Part shown: positions 1 through 8,863 of the stretch, piece by piece
How the letters are laid out: the number at the start of each line of letters is the position of its first letter
Position numbering within the stretch: position 1 is the first letter of the stretch
Source of the DNA: Candidatus Thorarchaeota archaeon
GTDB lineage: Archaea; Asgardarchaeota; Thorarchaeia; Thorarchaeales; Thorarchaeaceae
Reading direction: 5' to 3'
DNA: 23,695 nucleotides
Assembly (NCBI GenBank): GCA_046758445.1
Contig: JBHIAE010000043.1
Location: 1-23,695 of the forward strand
Translations under genes and position numbers: made by a program
The notes under the pieces: generated by a model
Seen by the model: the letters and a program-made list of their open reading frames with translations, nothing else
Told to the model about the DNA's origin: nothing
The model's database searches: none

Positions 1-135
1 AAAGTATAAGAGGTTGGAGAAGCTAGCTGGCAGTACTCTATGCGCTGGATAGTTCTGACGCAGCTGGACCTTCGGTCCTGTGACTGCCTGCGGTTTTTCA
101 TGGAAGCTTAAATCGTCCTTTCTAGACGTAGGTAC

Positions 136-438
136 ATGACAGCACTAGAAGATGTACAGAAGCGCGTTCAGAGGGCTCTTGAGAGGGCTAAGAAACGCGA
201 CGGGACACTTGATTTTGGCGAAATCTCGGTCAAGCAGACTAACGACGCCGCTGACTTCTCTGTGAGGCTCCTTGTGACGAAGGACTCAGGGCTTATTGAT
301 GACGAGCTGAAGAGGGAGTTCGGTTCCGTGGTGGACATAGGCTGTTCTGAAACCAATGGCCTTCCAGAAGATGAGGGTGTATGGCCTAACGAGGACGGAT
401 TCCATGAGTACGTTGCAATCGTTGGCCTCCCGATTTAG
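136..438 (+). CDS. Hypothetical protein, 100 aa, acidic C-terminal half
   Basis: Clean ATG-to-TAG ORF filling the space before the thermosome gene. A TATA-like CTTAAA at 107-112 lies about 24 nt upstream, which suits a leaderless transcript. No family recognised. Confidence 0.7.
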   Translation: MTALEDVQKRVQRALERAKKRDGTLDFGEISVKQTNDAADFSVRLLVTKDSGLIDDELKREFGSVVDIGCSETNGLPEDEGVWPNEDGFHEYVAIVGLPI

Positions 439-449
439 GGAGCTAGAGA

Positions 450-463
450 GCAATCCTTAAATG
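450..463 (+). promoter_or_regulatory. Putative BRE/TATA promoter of the thermosome gene
   Basis: GCAATCCTTAAATG. A near-identical GCAATGCCTTAAATG lies at 2918-2932, and the CTTAAA core recurs at 107-112 and 4349-4354. Confidence 0.55.
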
Positions 464-518
464 TCAAACCCGAAGTCCATGCACAGTTTTAGATATTATC
501 ATGGAAGGTGTGATTATA

Positions 519-2162
519 ATGAGTTCAAACCAGATTCCAGTGCTCGTTCTTCGCGAAGGCACTGATAGAACACGTGGACGTGATGCTCAGAGAAACAACA
601 TCATGGCTGCGATTGTGATTGCTGAGGCAGTCAAGTCTGCGCTGGGTCCAAAGGGTATGGACAAGATGCTCGTGGACTCTTTTGGGGATGTGACAGTATC
701 AAACGATGGTGCCACTATACTGAAGGAGATGGACATTGCGCATCCGGCTGCCAAGATGGTAATTGAAGTCGCAAAGACTGTAGACTCGGAAGTTGGTGAT
801 GGTACAACCACTGCTGCGGTGCTCACGGGGGATCTTCTGAAACACGCAGAGGCCCTGTTGGATCAGAAGATTCATCCAACCACTATCATCAGCGGCTATC
901 GGAAAGCAGCAGAGAAGGCGCTCGAAGTCATCAACGACGTTGCAGAGAAGGTTGACCCAGGGTCGAGTGACTACAGGAGGGTCTTGATAGATGCTGCCAA
1001 GACGGCCATGTCCAGCAAGTTTGTTGCGACTTCACGTGATGGGCTTGCCAAGACCGTTGTGGAGGCAGTCCTATCGATTAGCAAGGATCTTGACCCCGAC
1101 GAGGAGCTCGACATTGATGACATTCCACGCCAAAAGCAGGAGGGGATGGCTGTTGATGCTACTGAGCTTGTGAAAGGACTAGTTCTAGACAAGGAGATTG
1201 TGCATCCTGGAATGCCCAAGAAGGCTGTCAACGCGAAGATCGCTCTGCTTGAGAGCCCGCTCGAGGTTACAAAGACCGAGTTTGACGCCAAGATCTCGAT
1301 AAGCGACCCGACTTCGATGCAGAGCTTCCTCGATGAGGAGGAACGGATGCTGAAGAGCATGGTAGACAAGATTGTCGAGGCAGGTGCAAACGTAATCATT
1401 GCTCAGAAGGGCATCGATGACGTGGCACAGCACCATCTGGCCAAGAATGGAATTCTTGCAGTACGAAGAATCAAGAAGTCAGACGTTGAGCGACTTCACA
1501 AGACCACGGGCGCGACGATAGTTTCCAAGATTCAGAACCTCACAAAGGACGATCTTGGCACCGCGAAGCTAGTGGAGCAAAGGACCGTCGGCGAGGATAA
1601 GATGCTGTTTGTGGAGGGGACTCCAAAATCCTCTGTTGTGACATTAATCGTAAGAGGCGGCACGGACCACATCGTCGATGAGGTTGATAGAGCCCTCAAC
1701 GACTCATTATATGTCGTTCGTGATGTCGTGACCCATCCTTACGTTACATATGGAGGCGGAGCTCTGGCTGCAGAGATTGCCAAAGAGTTACGTAACTATG
1801 CCGATACGCTTGAAGGCAGAGAGCAGTATGCAGTAAACGCATTCGCAGATGCTGTTGAATCACTTCCATCGACACTAGCGGAGAACGCAGGTCTTGACCC
1901 CATTGATGTTATCGTGAGCCTTAGAACTGCCCATACAGAGGGGAATGTTACACACGGAATCGATATAGATAAGGGGAAGGTCGGTGACATGAAGAAGGCA
2001 CGAGTTGTCGAGTCGGCACTTGTGAACAGGCAAATCGTGATGTCAGCTGCTGAGGCTGCTCAGATGGTCCTGAAGATTGATGATGTCATCAGTTCCAAGG
2101 GTGCTGGCCTGGGCGGCCCTGGAGCCGGACCGGGCGAAGACTTAGATGGCGACGAGGACTAG
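519..2162 (+). CDS. ths: Thermosome subunit (group II chaperonin, TCP-1/cpn60 family)
   Basis: Motifs [32 protein letters not shown] and ILKIDD-like VLKIDDVI, plus a Gly/Pro/acidic tail. The likely start is ATG 519 (MSSNQIPV) after the SD-like GGTGTGA; the ORF track starts at 501. Confidence 0.97.
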   Translation: MSSNQIPVLVLREGTDRTRGRDAQRNNIMAAIVIAEAVKSALGPKGMDKMLVDSFGDVTVSNDGATILKEMDIAHPAAKMVIEVAKTVDSEVGDGTTTAAVLTGDLLKHAEALLDQKIHPTTIISGYRKAAEKALEVINDVAEKVDPGSSDYRRVLIDAAKTAMSSKFVATSRDGLAKTVVEAVLSISKDLDPDEELDIDDIPRQKQEGMAVDATELVKGLVLDKEIVHPGMPKKAVNAKIALLESPLEVTKTEFDAKISISDPTSMQSFLDEEERMLKSMVDKIVEAGANVIIAQKGIDDVAQHHLAKNGILAVRRIKKSDVERLHKTTGATIVSKIQNLTKDDLGTAKLVEQRTVGEDKMLFVEGTPKSSVVTLIVRGGTDHIVDEVDRALNDSLYVVRDVVTHPYVTYGGGALAAEIAKELRNYADTLEGREQYAVNAFADAVESLPSTLAENAGLDPIDVIVSLRTAHTEGNVTHGIDIDKGKVGDMKKARVVESALVNRQIVMSAAEAAQMVLKIDDVISSKGAGLGGPGAGPGEDLDGDED

Positions 2163-2196
2163 AAACAGTCAAACCGTCATACAGCAGGTGTGCCAC

Positions 2197-2868
2197 ATGT
2201 CAAAGGGCTCTAAGAAAGAGAAGACCAAGAAGAAGAAGGATGGAGAAACCTCCGGTGTGGAATTGGAGATTCTGACAAACATCCCTGGAGTCGGTCCAAA
2301 GACAGCTGAGAAGCTACTTGAAGCAGGGTATGGAGATCTTGCCAAGATTGCGTCGACAGGTTCAGAGGAACTAGCTGCAGCCGTTCCGGGCCTCAGCGTT
2401 GCAAAGGCCAACGAAGTTATCCAAGCAGCGGCGAAGCTCAAGGAGGATGTGGAGTCCGGGAAGATCGACTTGACTGCTAAAGGCAAGAAAGCCAAGCGGA
2501 AGAAGGCTCCAGAACCTGAACCAGACGTTCATGAGCTTCCCCCTGCAGAGGAGATTGCCAAGGCAGAAATCAGGTCAAGTCTCAAGACTGGATTAGACCA
2601 GGACAAGGTCAAGATGGGAATACCAGTTGGGCCAAAATGGTTGACGAAGTTTGAGAAGGCTCGCATCATCGGGGCCCGAGCTCTTCAGATTTCCATGGGT
2701 GCGCCGGTTCTCATACCCACAAAGACCGCTCCTTCTGGGCTCTTCGCACTTGCTGAGGCAGAACTGCGAGCACAAGTACTTCCGTTGACTGTTCGCAGAA
2801 CCTTACCCACAGGAGAGCATTTTGACGTACCGCTATCAAGACTACTTGAGAACACGAGGCTCGACTAG
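2197..2868 (+). CDS. rpoK: DNA-directed RNA polymerase subunit K (Rpo6/RPB6) with an N-terminal helix-hairpin-helix domain
   Basis: The C-terminal [22 protein letters not shown]...[12 protein letters not shown] is the Rpo6/RPB6 signature. The N-terminal [20 protein letters not shown]...[13 protein letters not shown] forms two HhH motifs. Start ATG 2197 follows CAGGTG; the ORF-track start at 2146 overlaps the thermosome gene. Confidence 0.9.
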   Translation: MSKGSKKEKTKKKKDGETSGVELEILTNIPGVGPKTAEKLLEAGYGDLAKIASTGSEELAAAVPGLSVAKANEVIQAAAKLKEDVESGKIDLTAKGKKAKRKKAPEPEPDVHELPPAEEIAKAEIRSSLKTGLDQDKVKMGIPVGPKWLTKFEKARIIGARALQISMGAPVLIPTKTAPSGLFALAEAELRAQVLPLTVRRTLPTGEHFDVPLSRLLENTRLD

Positions 2869-2899
2869 TTCTTGCCTCGTCTTCTTCTGTCTTCTTTTC
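2869..2899 (+). terminator. Pyrimidine/T-rich tract, likely archaeal terminator after rpoK
   Basis: TTCTTGCCTCGTCTTCTTCTGTCTTCTTTTC immediately follows the stop codon. Confidence 0.45.
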
Positions 2900-2981
2900 A
2901 GTTGCATGTGCAATGAGGCAATGCCTTAAATGCAAGCCAAGTCTCCTCGGTAGGTCCTCTTCTAAGACAGGGTGACCGAAC

Positions 2982-4310
2982 ATGCAAGAACTACTCCTTA
3001 GTCCGGACATAGTGATCAGGTTCCTGATTGGATTCGCAGTAGGGGCTTTAATAGGCCTAGAGCGCCAGAAGCGAATGGTGGAGGAGTCAACCGCAGGTGT
3101 GAGGTCTTTTGGACTCTTGAGTCTTTTCGGAACAATCACCGCCTATACTTACACTGTCACAGACAACATCGTGATAATGGTATACGCGATAGCAGTTTCC
3201 ACAATCCTGATCGGAGTTCAAATTACCTACAAGATGTTCAGGACCATGAGGAAGGGGATGACAACCTCCATTGTGTTGGCGATAGCATTCACACTAGGCA
3301 TCCTCGTGGGTTTCGATGCACCGCCCCCTCCTGGACAGCTCGTCGGTCCTCTTCAGGTCCTGGCTATGACGGTTGCATTCTTGGTGTTTCTAGTCCTAGG
3401 CTTCAAGCAGGAGTTTCAAGCACTGGTGGCGGTCATAAGCCGAGATGAGATGATTAGCGCAGCTGAGCTTGGCGTCCTGATTCTCTTCCTTTGGCCTCTC
3501 ATTCCTGATTCAGTACAGATATGGACCATCATTCTTCCTGCACAACAAATCTACCTCTTGGTGATCTTACTTCTGTCTATCAGTTTCGTAAACTACATCC
3601 TCGTCAAGAAGTTTGGAAGCAGAGGGCCCTTCTTCTTCGGGTTCTTTGGAGGGTTCGCCAACAGTGAAGCTACAGTTTCTAGTCTAACGGACTTCCATGT
3701 CAAGACTGGCAGGAAATATCCAGGCAGAATAGCTCTATCTGCAATTCTCGCAAATGTCGCAATGATCCTGAGAAATGGAGTCATAGTGGTGATTCTCGAC
3801 CCGACTCTCCAGATCTTCAAGTACTACGTTATTCCTCTTGCAATCCTTGTACTAGGTGCCACGTACAGAATGATCAGAGAAAGTAGACGAACTGAAACCG
3901 TGGACGAGGGACAAATCGAAGCGGCCTTGGGATCTCCTTTCGAGTTCGGCGCAGCAATCAGATTCGTGATAGTCTTCACCGGCGTTTCACTTCTTTCACT
4001 CTTGTTGCAAGAAGTGTACAGTGATTCCGGTGTCATTGTGGCCGCCCTAATTGGAGGTTTTGCTTCAGCAGGCGCTATTGTGGCAACAGTTGGAATCGGT
4101 TTTGCCGGTGCCACGATTGGTCTAACTACAGCAGTATTTGCAGTGATCATCGCTACGACAACGTCTGTTTTGAACAAGGTGGTGTATGTATACACTTCCG
4201 ACCGTGAAGCCGGTTTACTCAGAAACGTGGCCAAGGACTCACTGATAATGGCGGCTGGGGTCGTTGTCTTCATCATTCTGCTTGCAACGGGATTCATTCC
4301 GATTGTGTGA
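2982..4310 (+). CDS. MgtC/SapB family membrane protein with DUF4010
   Basis: GALIGLERQ, AGVRSFGLLSLFG, GMTTS, SISFVNYILVK, GFFGGFANSEAT and SPFEFGAAIRF motifs; many transmembrane helices. Confidence 0.85.
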   Translation: MQELLLSPDIVIRFLIGFAVGALIGLERQKRMVEESTAGVRSFGLLSLFGTITAYTYTVTDNIVIMVYAIAVSTILIGVQITYKMFRTMRKGMTTSIVLAIAFTLGILVGFDAPPPPGQLVGPLQVLAMTVAFLVFLVLGFKQEFQALVAVISRDEMISAAELGVLILFLWPLIPDSVQIWTIILPAQQIYLLVILLLSISFVNYILVKKFGSRGPFFFGFFGGFANSEATVSSLTDFHVKTGRKYPGRIALSAILANVAMILRNGVIVVILDPTLQIFKYYVIPLAILVLGATYRMIRESRRTETVDEGQIEAALGSPFEFGAAIRFVIVFTGVSLLSLLLQEVYSDSGVIVAALIGGFASAGAIVATVGIGFAGATIGLTTAVFAVIIATTTSVLNKVVYVYTSDREAGLLRNVAKDSLIMAAGVVVFIILLATGFIPIV

Positions 4311-4378
4311 GCCCTGAAGAAGGAGTTGGCTCCCATACAAGCATAAGACTTAAAGTCATTCTCAATGGACTCGGATTC

Positions 4379-4493
4379 GGTGACAACGGTGAATGTTGGT
4401 GGCCTAGTTCATCTGCAACGATGACCCAGTTGGTGCGTTCTCCGCCACCTCATCCCGTGACCGTTGCCCTGACATCTTTTGGAGGACTTCTAA
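4379..4493 (+). promoter_or_regulatory. Structured 5' leader of hisS (candidate cis-regulatory RNA)
   Basis: The TATA-like CTTAAA at 4349-4354 predicts a TSS near 4378-4380. Nested helices CAACGGT/ACCGTTG, GGTGGC/GCCACC and TCATC/GATGA; SD GGAGG at 4481-4485. Confidence 0.55.
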
Positions 4494-5804
4494 ATGCCAG
4501 AGTTGAGGACAGTCCGAGGTATGAGAGACCTGATGGGTCCAGAGATGAGAGTTAAGGAGTACTTGGAGGCAACTGCTGCTGAAGTCTTCCGTCATTTCGG
4601 CTATGAGCCGCTAGACTCACCCGTCATGGAGCTGTGGGAAACTCTGTCAGCCAAAGGCGGAGAAGAGGTGGAGGCTGAAACTTTCAAGTTCAAAGACAAA
4701 GGTAATCGAGAGGTGGGTCTGCGGTTTGATTTGACTGTGCCTCTCGCCAGAATCGCAGCATCAAATCCTCATCTCTCAAAGCCGTTCAAGCGATATGCCC
4801 TTGGCAAGGCCTGGAGGTACGACCGTCCTCAAGCCGGCAGGTATAGAGAGTTTGCCCAAGCAGATGTTGACATCATTGGATCAAGCAGTCCTGCGGCGGA
4901 TGCTGAGGTGGTTCTGGTCGCTATCGAGTATCTAAGACGTGTCCTTGGAAGCGACTACAACATTCGAATCAACAACCGAAAAGTTCTGAGAGGAATGACA
5001 GAGAAGGCAGGAATTGAGGACAATCTGGCCTTTGAGTGTTTCAGAGCAATTGACAAGCTTGACAAGATTGGACAGGCCGGGGTCAAGGAGGAGCTGAAGA
5101 CTCGGGGCATTGACGAGAAAAAGAGTCAGTTCCTCCTCGATGCCATTCAACTGAGAGGTGCCGGCCTTGATGTCCTCAAGAAGTTTGGCGAACTCTTGGA
5201 GGGCTCCAACATCGGGATCGAAGGCGTCGAAGAGCTACGGATGATGGCTGAAATCTTCAAGGAAAGCGCTGCTGAGGACTTGATCGAGTTCGACATGTCG
5301 CTTGCACGAGGGCTCGATTACTACACCGGCCCTGTCTTTGAGGTTGACTATCTCGGCGTGCCAAAGGTGGGGTCGTTGGGAGGTGGAGGCCGGTATGACC
5401 GACTGATAGAACGGTTCGGTGGGCCACCCACACCTGCCACGGGAATCTCATTAGGCATCGATAGGCTCATTGATGTCCTTGTGGCCCGCGGAGTTGGTGA
5501 TCAGCTAGAGAGTGGATTAGACGTGTACGTTGCTCCGATAAAGAAGGCCATGGTGAAGTATGCGATGAAGATTCAGAGCGAGCTTGTTAGAGCTGGAATT
5601 TCTTCGTCTGCGGATGTCATGGATAGACCTCTCAAGAAGCTCTTGGAACAGGCCGACGCAAAGAAGGCGAGGTATGTTATCATTATAGGTCAGCGTGATC
5701 TGGATAAAGGCGAGGTCAGTCTGAGAAACATGTCCACGAAGGAAACCGTGCAGGTGAAGATGGGCGACATTGTTGACGAGGTGAGCCGGCAGCTCAAGCG
5801 CTAG
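4494..5804 (+). CDS. hisS: Histidine--tRNA ligase
   Basis: RGMRD, LRFDLTVPLAR, RYDRPQAGRYREFAQADVDIIG, LARGLDYYTG and GGGGRYD motifs, plus a C-terminal anticodon-binding domain. Confidence 0.97.
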   Translation: MPELRTVRGMRDLMGPEMRVKEYLEATAAEVFRHFGYEPLDSPVMELWETLSAKGGEEVEAETFKFKDKGNREVGLRFDLTVPLARIAASNPHLSKPFKRYALGKAWRYDRPQAGRYREFAQADVDIIGSSSPAADAEVVLVAIEYLRRVLGSDYNIRINNRKVLRGMTEKAGIEDNLAFECFRAIDKLDKIGQAGVKEELKTRGIDEKKSQFLLDAIQLRGAGLDVLKKFGELLEGSNIGIEGVEELRMMAEIFKESAAEDLIEFDMSLARGLDYYTGPVFEVDYLGVPKVGSLGGGGRYDRLIERFGGPPTPATGISLGIDRLIDVLVARGVGDQLESGLDVYVAPIKKAMVKYAMKIQSELVRAGISSSADVMDRPLKKLLEQADAKKARYVIIIGQRDLDKGEVSLRNMSTKETVQVKMGDIVDEVSRQLKR

Positions 5805-5895
5805 TCACGCGGTATAGAGCCTTTCAGAAGGATCTCAGAAACAGTGGTCGAATTGAGGCACTGTGCAAGCAAAAGCTTTTCTCACACCGTGCTGC

Positions 5896-6753
5896 ATGGC
5901 ATCCGGGATAGACATGGTTAGAATGCCCGTAGTAGCTGGAAGATTCTATGAAGGCGAGGTCGAGCTTCTCAGAGAACGAATCAAGAACTGCTTCCTTAAG
6001 GGACTGGGACCGGGCAAGCTTCCCGAGGGTAACATAGGAACAACAAGACTGCTTAGAGCAGTCATATCTCCTCACGCCGGATATGTCTATTCAGGAATGC
6101 CTGCAGCGCACAGTTACCTGAGAATCTTCGAGGATGGCAAGCCAGACCATATAGTAATCCTTGGCCCCAACCACTACGGAACCGGTGCACGGGTTGCTGT
6201 ATGCAATGACAATTGGGAAACACCTATGGGAATCGTCAGCTATGACGTGGAGCTAGGCTCAACAATTGTTGAGGAGAATGAACATGCGACGAATGATTGT
6301 GTCGCCCATAGCAGCGAGCACTCAATAGAGGTTCAGCTCCCATTCCTTCAGTATATCTTCGGAGAGGATCTCAGCTTTGTGCCAATCAGCATCAGTGACC
6401 CCGCCTATCAGATCTGTGAGTCAATCGGCCTGACAATTGCTCGACTTGCCGAAGAAATGGACATACTAGTGATAGCCAGTTCAGACTTCACTCATTTTGA
6501 ACCTGCTGAAAGTGCCAAGAAGAAGGATAACCAAGCAATGGAGTACTTGGAGTTCTTGGACCCAAAGGGGTTCATTGAGTTTGTCAGAGGTCACAGAGTC
6601 AGCATATGTGGTGCCGGGCCAATTGCTGCCGCAATGGTCTATGCAAAAGAAAGAGGAGCAACTCAATTCAGAGTTCTCAAATACACCAACTCTGGCGATG
6701 TCACAGGTAATTACAGAGATGTGGTTGCGTATGTTGCAGCCGAAGTCTTTTGA
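5896..6753 (+). CDS. amrB: MEMO1 family protein (AmmeMemoRadiSam system protein B)
   Basis: RMPVVAGRFY, PHAGYVYSG, LGPNHYG, EHSIEVQLPFLQ, ASSDFTH, CGAGP and NSGD motifs. The start is ATG 5896 or 5914; the ORF track gives GTG 5863. Confidence 0.92.
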   Translation: MASGIDMVRMPVVAGRFYEGEVELLRERIKNCFLKGLGPGKLPEGNIGTTRLLRAVISPHAGYVYSGMPAAHSYLRIFEDGKPDHIVILGPNHYGTGARVAVCNDNWETPMGIVSYDVELGSTIVEENEHATNDCVAHSSEHSIEVQLPFLQYIFGEDLSFVPISISDPAYQICESIGLTIARLAEEMDILVIASSDFTHFEPAESAKKKDNQAMEYLEFLDPKGFIEFVRGHRVSICGAGPIAAAMVYAKERGATQFRVLKYTNSGDVTGNYRDVVAYVAAEVF

Positions 6754-6787
6754 GAACTTTCGAGAGCTTGACAAAAGGCCAGAAACT

Positions 6788-8071
6788 TCACTCCTCTGAA
6801 TCTTGAATGTCGAGTGGTGTGGCAAGCAGACTTGGCGTATAGGCGGGAAGTCCGATTCCTGCCAGAGTGGCTCCCGCAATTGAAACAATGCCTGCGACGG
6901 CCAAGCTAGATATCGAGTCCCCACTTGTGTCGTACAGAACTCCACCAAGCAGCGGTCCGACAACATAGGCTGAGTTGCTAACGGCTCCAAAAGCGCCCAT
7001 TACAACACCATAAGCACTCTGGTCAGTAAGGTCGGCAATCATCGCTTGGATAGTAGGACCTCGCATGGAAATGGCAACACCCAAGACAGCTCCTGCGAGG
7101 TAGAAGCTAAAGACATCTGATGCGAGCATGAACATGAAGAGGGACAAGGCCCCGACAAACGACCCCAAGACAATCAGCCACTTCCTTCCCACCCGGTCGG
7201 ACATCTTACCAAAGGCAATGTTCCCAGCAATGGTGATGACTCCGAGGACTCCAAAGAAGATGCCAATCTCTAGTGGACTAAAAGCAAACCTCTGTACGGC
7301 ATCAAGCATGAATGCCACCTCAAGTATTCCAATCGCAAACATGTTCGCGAACATTGCCAGTCCCAGCACAGAGTAGGCCTTAGAATGACGTGAGAATACT
7401 TCGCGGAGAGGAATCTTGTACTTCTGATAGTCTTCACGGAGAGTCCGGCGAGTGGGCTCTATGACCAAAAGGTGAAGCAGGACCAAAGTTCCAAGAGTCA
7501 CAATAGCCGCTATGATAAACGGCATACGGATGCCCAAGAATTCCGCGAGTACACCACCAAGAGCCGGACCAAATACAAAGCCGACCATGTTCCCAGTGCT
7601 TAGGTAGCCCATTGCAGTTCCCCTGTTCTCTGGCGTTGTCATGTCAGACACGAAAGCATTGGCAGCAGGATAGAACCCCGCAGAGATGGCCCCCTCGAGG
7701 GCACGAGCAAGAATCATCACGTATACCGTAGTCGCAAAGGCGTACATAAGATTCGCAACAGCAAACCCAAGCAGCGCGACCTGCAGCACCGGTTTTCTTC
7801 CTACTCGGTCAGAAACACCGCCTAGCGGTCCTGCCAAGACAATTCGCGTCAAAGCAAACGACGCAGCAAGGACTCCCAGTTCCGTTCCTCCAACACCTAG
7901 CTCTAGGATGTAAAATGGGTATAGCGGGACGATCAAACCGAAGCCAATCTGAAGAATACTCAGAGATGTGGCCAGCATCCATACCTGATACATCCCCGTT
8001 TTTGAATCGATCTGAGGCACTTCATCGATTTGCTCTGTTGCCTCTGGGGAGTATTCAGAAGTATGGTCCAT
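6788..8071 (-). CDS. MFS transporter (DHA1/TetA-like drug:H+ antiporter type)
   Basis: MFS motif A occurs twice (GGVSDRVGRK, GKMSDRVGRK); antiporter motif GFVFGPALGG; 12 hydrophobic segments. Confidence 0.92.
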   Translation of the reverse strand: MDHTSEYSPEATEQIDEVPQIDSKTGMYQVWMLATSLSILQIGFGLIVPLYPFYILELGVGGTELGVLAASFALTRIVLAGPLGGVSDRVGRKPVLQVALLGFAVANLMYAFATTVYVMILARALEGAISAGFYPAANAFVSDMTTPENRGTAMGYLSTGNMVGFVFGPALGGVLAEFLGIRMPFIIAAIVTLGTLVLLHLLVIEPTRRTLREDYQKYKIPLREVFSRHSKAYSVLGLAMFANMFAIGILEVAFMLDAVQRFAFSPLEIGIFFGVLGVITIAGNIAFGKMSDRVGRKWLIVLGSFVGALSLFMFMLASDVFSFYLAGAVLGVAISMRGPTIQAMIADLTDQSAYGVVMGAFGAVSNSAYVVGPLLGGVLYDTSGDSISSLAVAGIVSIAGATLAGIGLPAYTPSLLATPLDIQDSEE

Positions 8072-8137
8072 GTCAGAGCCCCTCAGCGTGTCGGCCGGAG
8101 GGACCTTTTCAGTGTTGCTAATGTGTCATTTCGCTCG

Positions 8138-8647
8138 TCATTTGTCAATGATGACGCGACTCACGCCCTTGATTCCAGCTAATGTTTCGATGACCCTTCC
8201 GGGCAGTGGGTCCTGAGTGATTACCTTGAGACAGGGCTCCGGATAAATCTCGACATCTTCAGCCAGAACCTGTCTTATTGATATCCCATATCCTGCGATA
8301 ATTGAAGTTACCTCGGAAAGGATTCCTGCATTCTCTGGAGATTCTACGAAGATTGTAAGCACGCCGTATCCGAGAACCTCTCGGACTTTCTCAAGAGAAG
8401 GCCCTGCTGGTTGGAGTCTCTCAAAGAACTGGCAAAGCTTCTCGTTCTGACAGATGTCTTCTGTTGTGGCTCGTACAGTACGCCGGTCTATGCCAAGGGC
8501 ATCGCCTATGGCCTTGAGGGGAATTCGAATTGAGCCGCATTTGATGATTCCAGGCTTCTCAATGGCAAACCCGTGGCGCACTATGGCCTGTGCTACCTTC
8601 AACCTCTGAGGAGAATCGTGGAAGTAATCTACTATCTCGCGCCACAT
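8138..8647 (-). CDS. Archaeal regulator of amino acid metabolism, HTH plus ACT domain (COG2150-like)
   Basis: MWREIVDYF...KVAQAIVRHGF, HTH-like IGDALGIDRRTVRAT, and ACT signature ENAGILSEVTSIIAGYGISIRQV. The probable start is 8647; the ORF track gives 8662. Confidence 0.85.
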   Translation of the reverse strand: MWREIVDYFHDSPQRLKVAQAIVRHGFAIEKPGIIKCGSIRIPLKAIGDALGIDRRTVRATTEDICQNEKLCQFFERLQPAGPSLEKVREVLGYGVLTIFVESPENAGILSEVTSIIAGYGISIRQVLAEDVEIYPEPCLKVITQDPLPGRVIETLAGIKGVSRVIIDK

Positions 8648-8863
8648 ACTACAGACCACCATAACTCGATTAGTCTTGTATCTACCTTCTTGCCTATTTG
8701 CATTCCTCCCATATAGAACTTAGGCACAAGAAGATTAGGCTGGACAGTTGGCTTGAGACAACATGTTCAGGGATGAAACAGATGACCTGAGTGTGCTATG
8801 CATTCCGTAGGAGACATACTATCGGCCTCTTCGACAAAGCGAAGTCGTCTGTTGTCCGACTTT

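Noticed and set aside
2-52. 3' end of an upstream CDS (KYKRLEKLAGSTLCAG*)
   Set aside because: Only 16 codons are visible and no family is recognisable, so it cannot be supported as a feature.
55-85. SECIS-like element (TGAC...TGAC flanking a hairpin)
   Set aside because: The helix next to the putative GA quartet is out of register and too short, there are no apical AA residues, and no ORF with an in-frame TGA was found in the window.
4395-4450. T-box riboswitch, tRNA gene or His-rich leader peptide upstream of hisS
   Set aside because: GGTGGCCTAG does not match the T-box GGTGGNACC consensus, and the UGGN would not pair with the His discriminator end. The 52-nt span is too short for a tRNA and has no GTG anticodon arm. 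The upstream mini-ORFs contain no run of His codons.
5896-6753. MEMO1 as a eukaryotic motility signature linked to the gelsolin gene
   Set aside because: The family is widespread in archaea and bacteria, and the gene is 13 kb from the gelsolin gene with no evidence of linkage.
8663-8863. 200-nt gap with small hairpins (AAGTCG/CGACTT) and ORF 8791-8994
   Set aside because: The short stems are compatible with chance or a terminator for the GNAT gene. The ORF overlaps the GNAT antisense and has no features.
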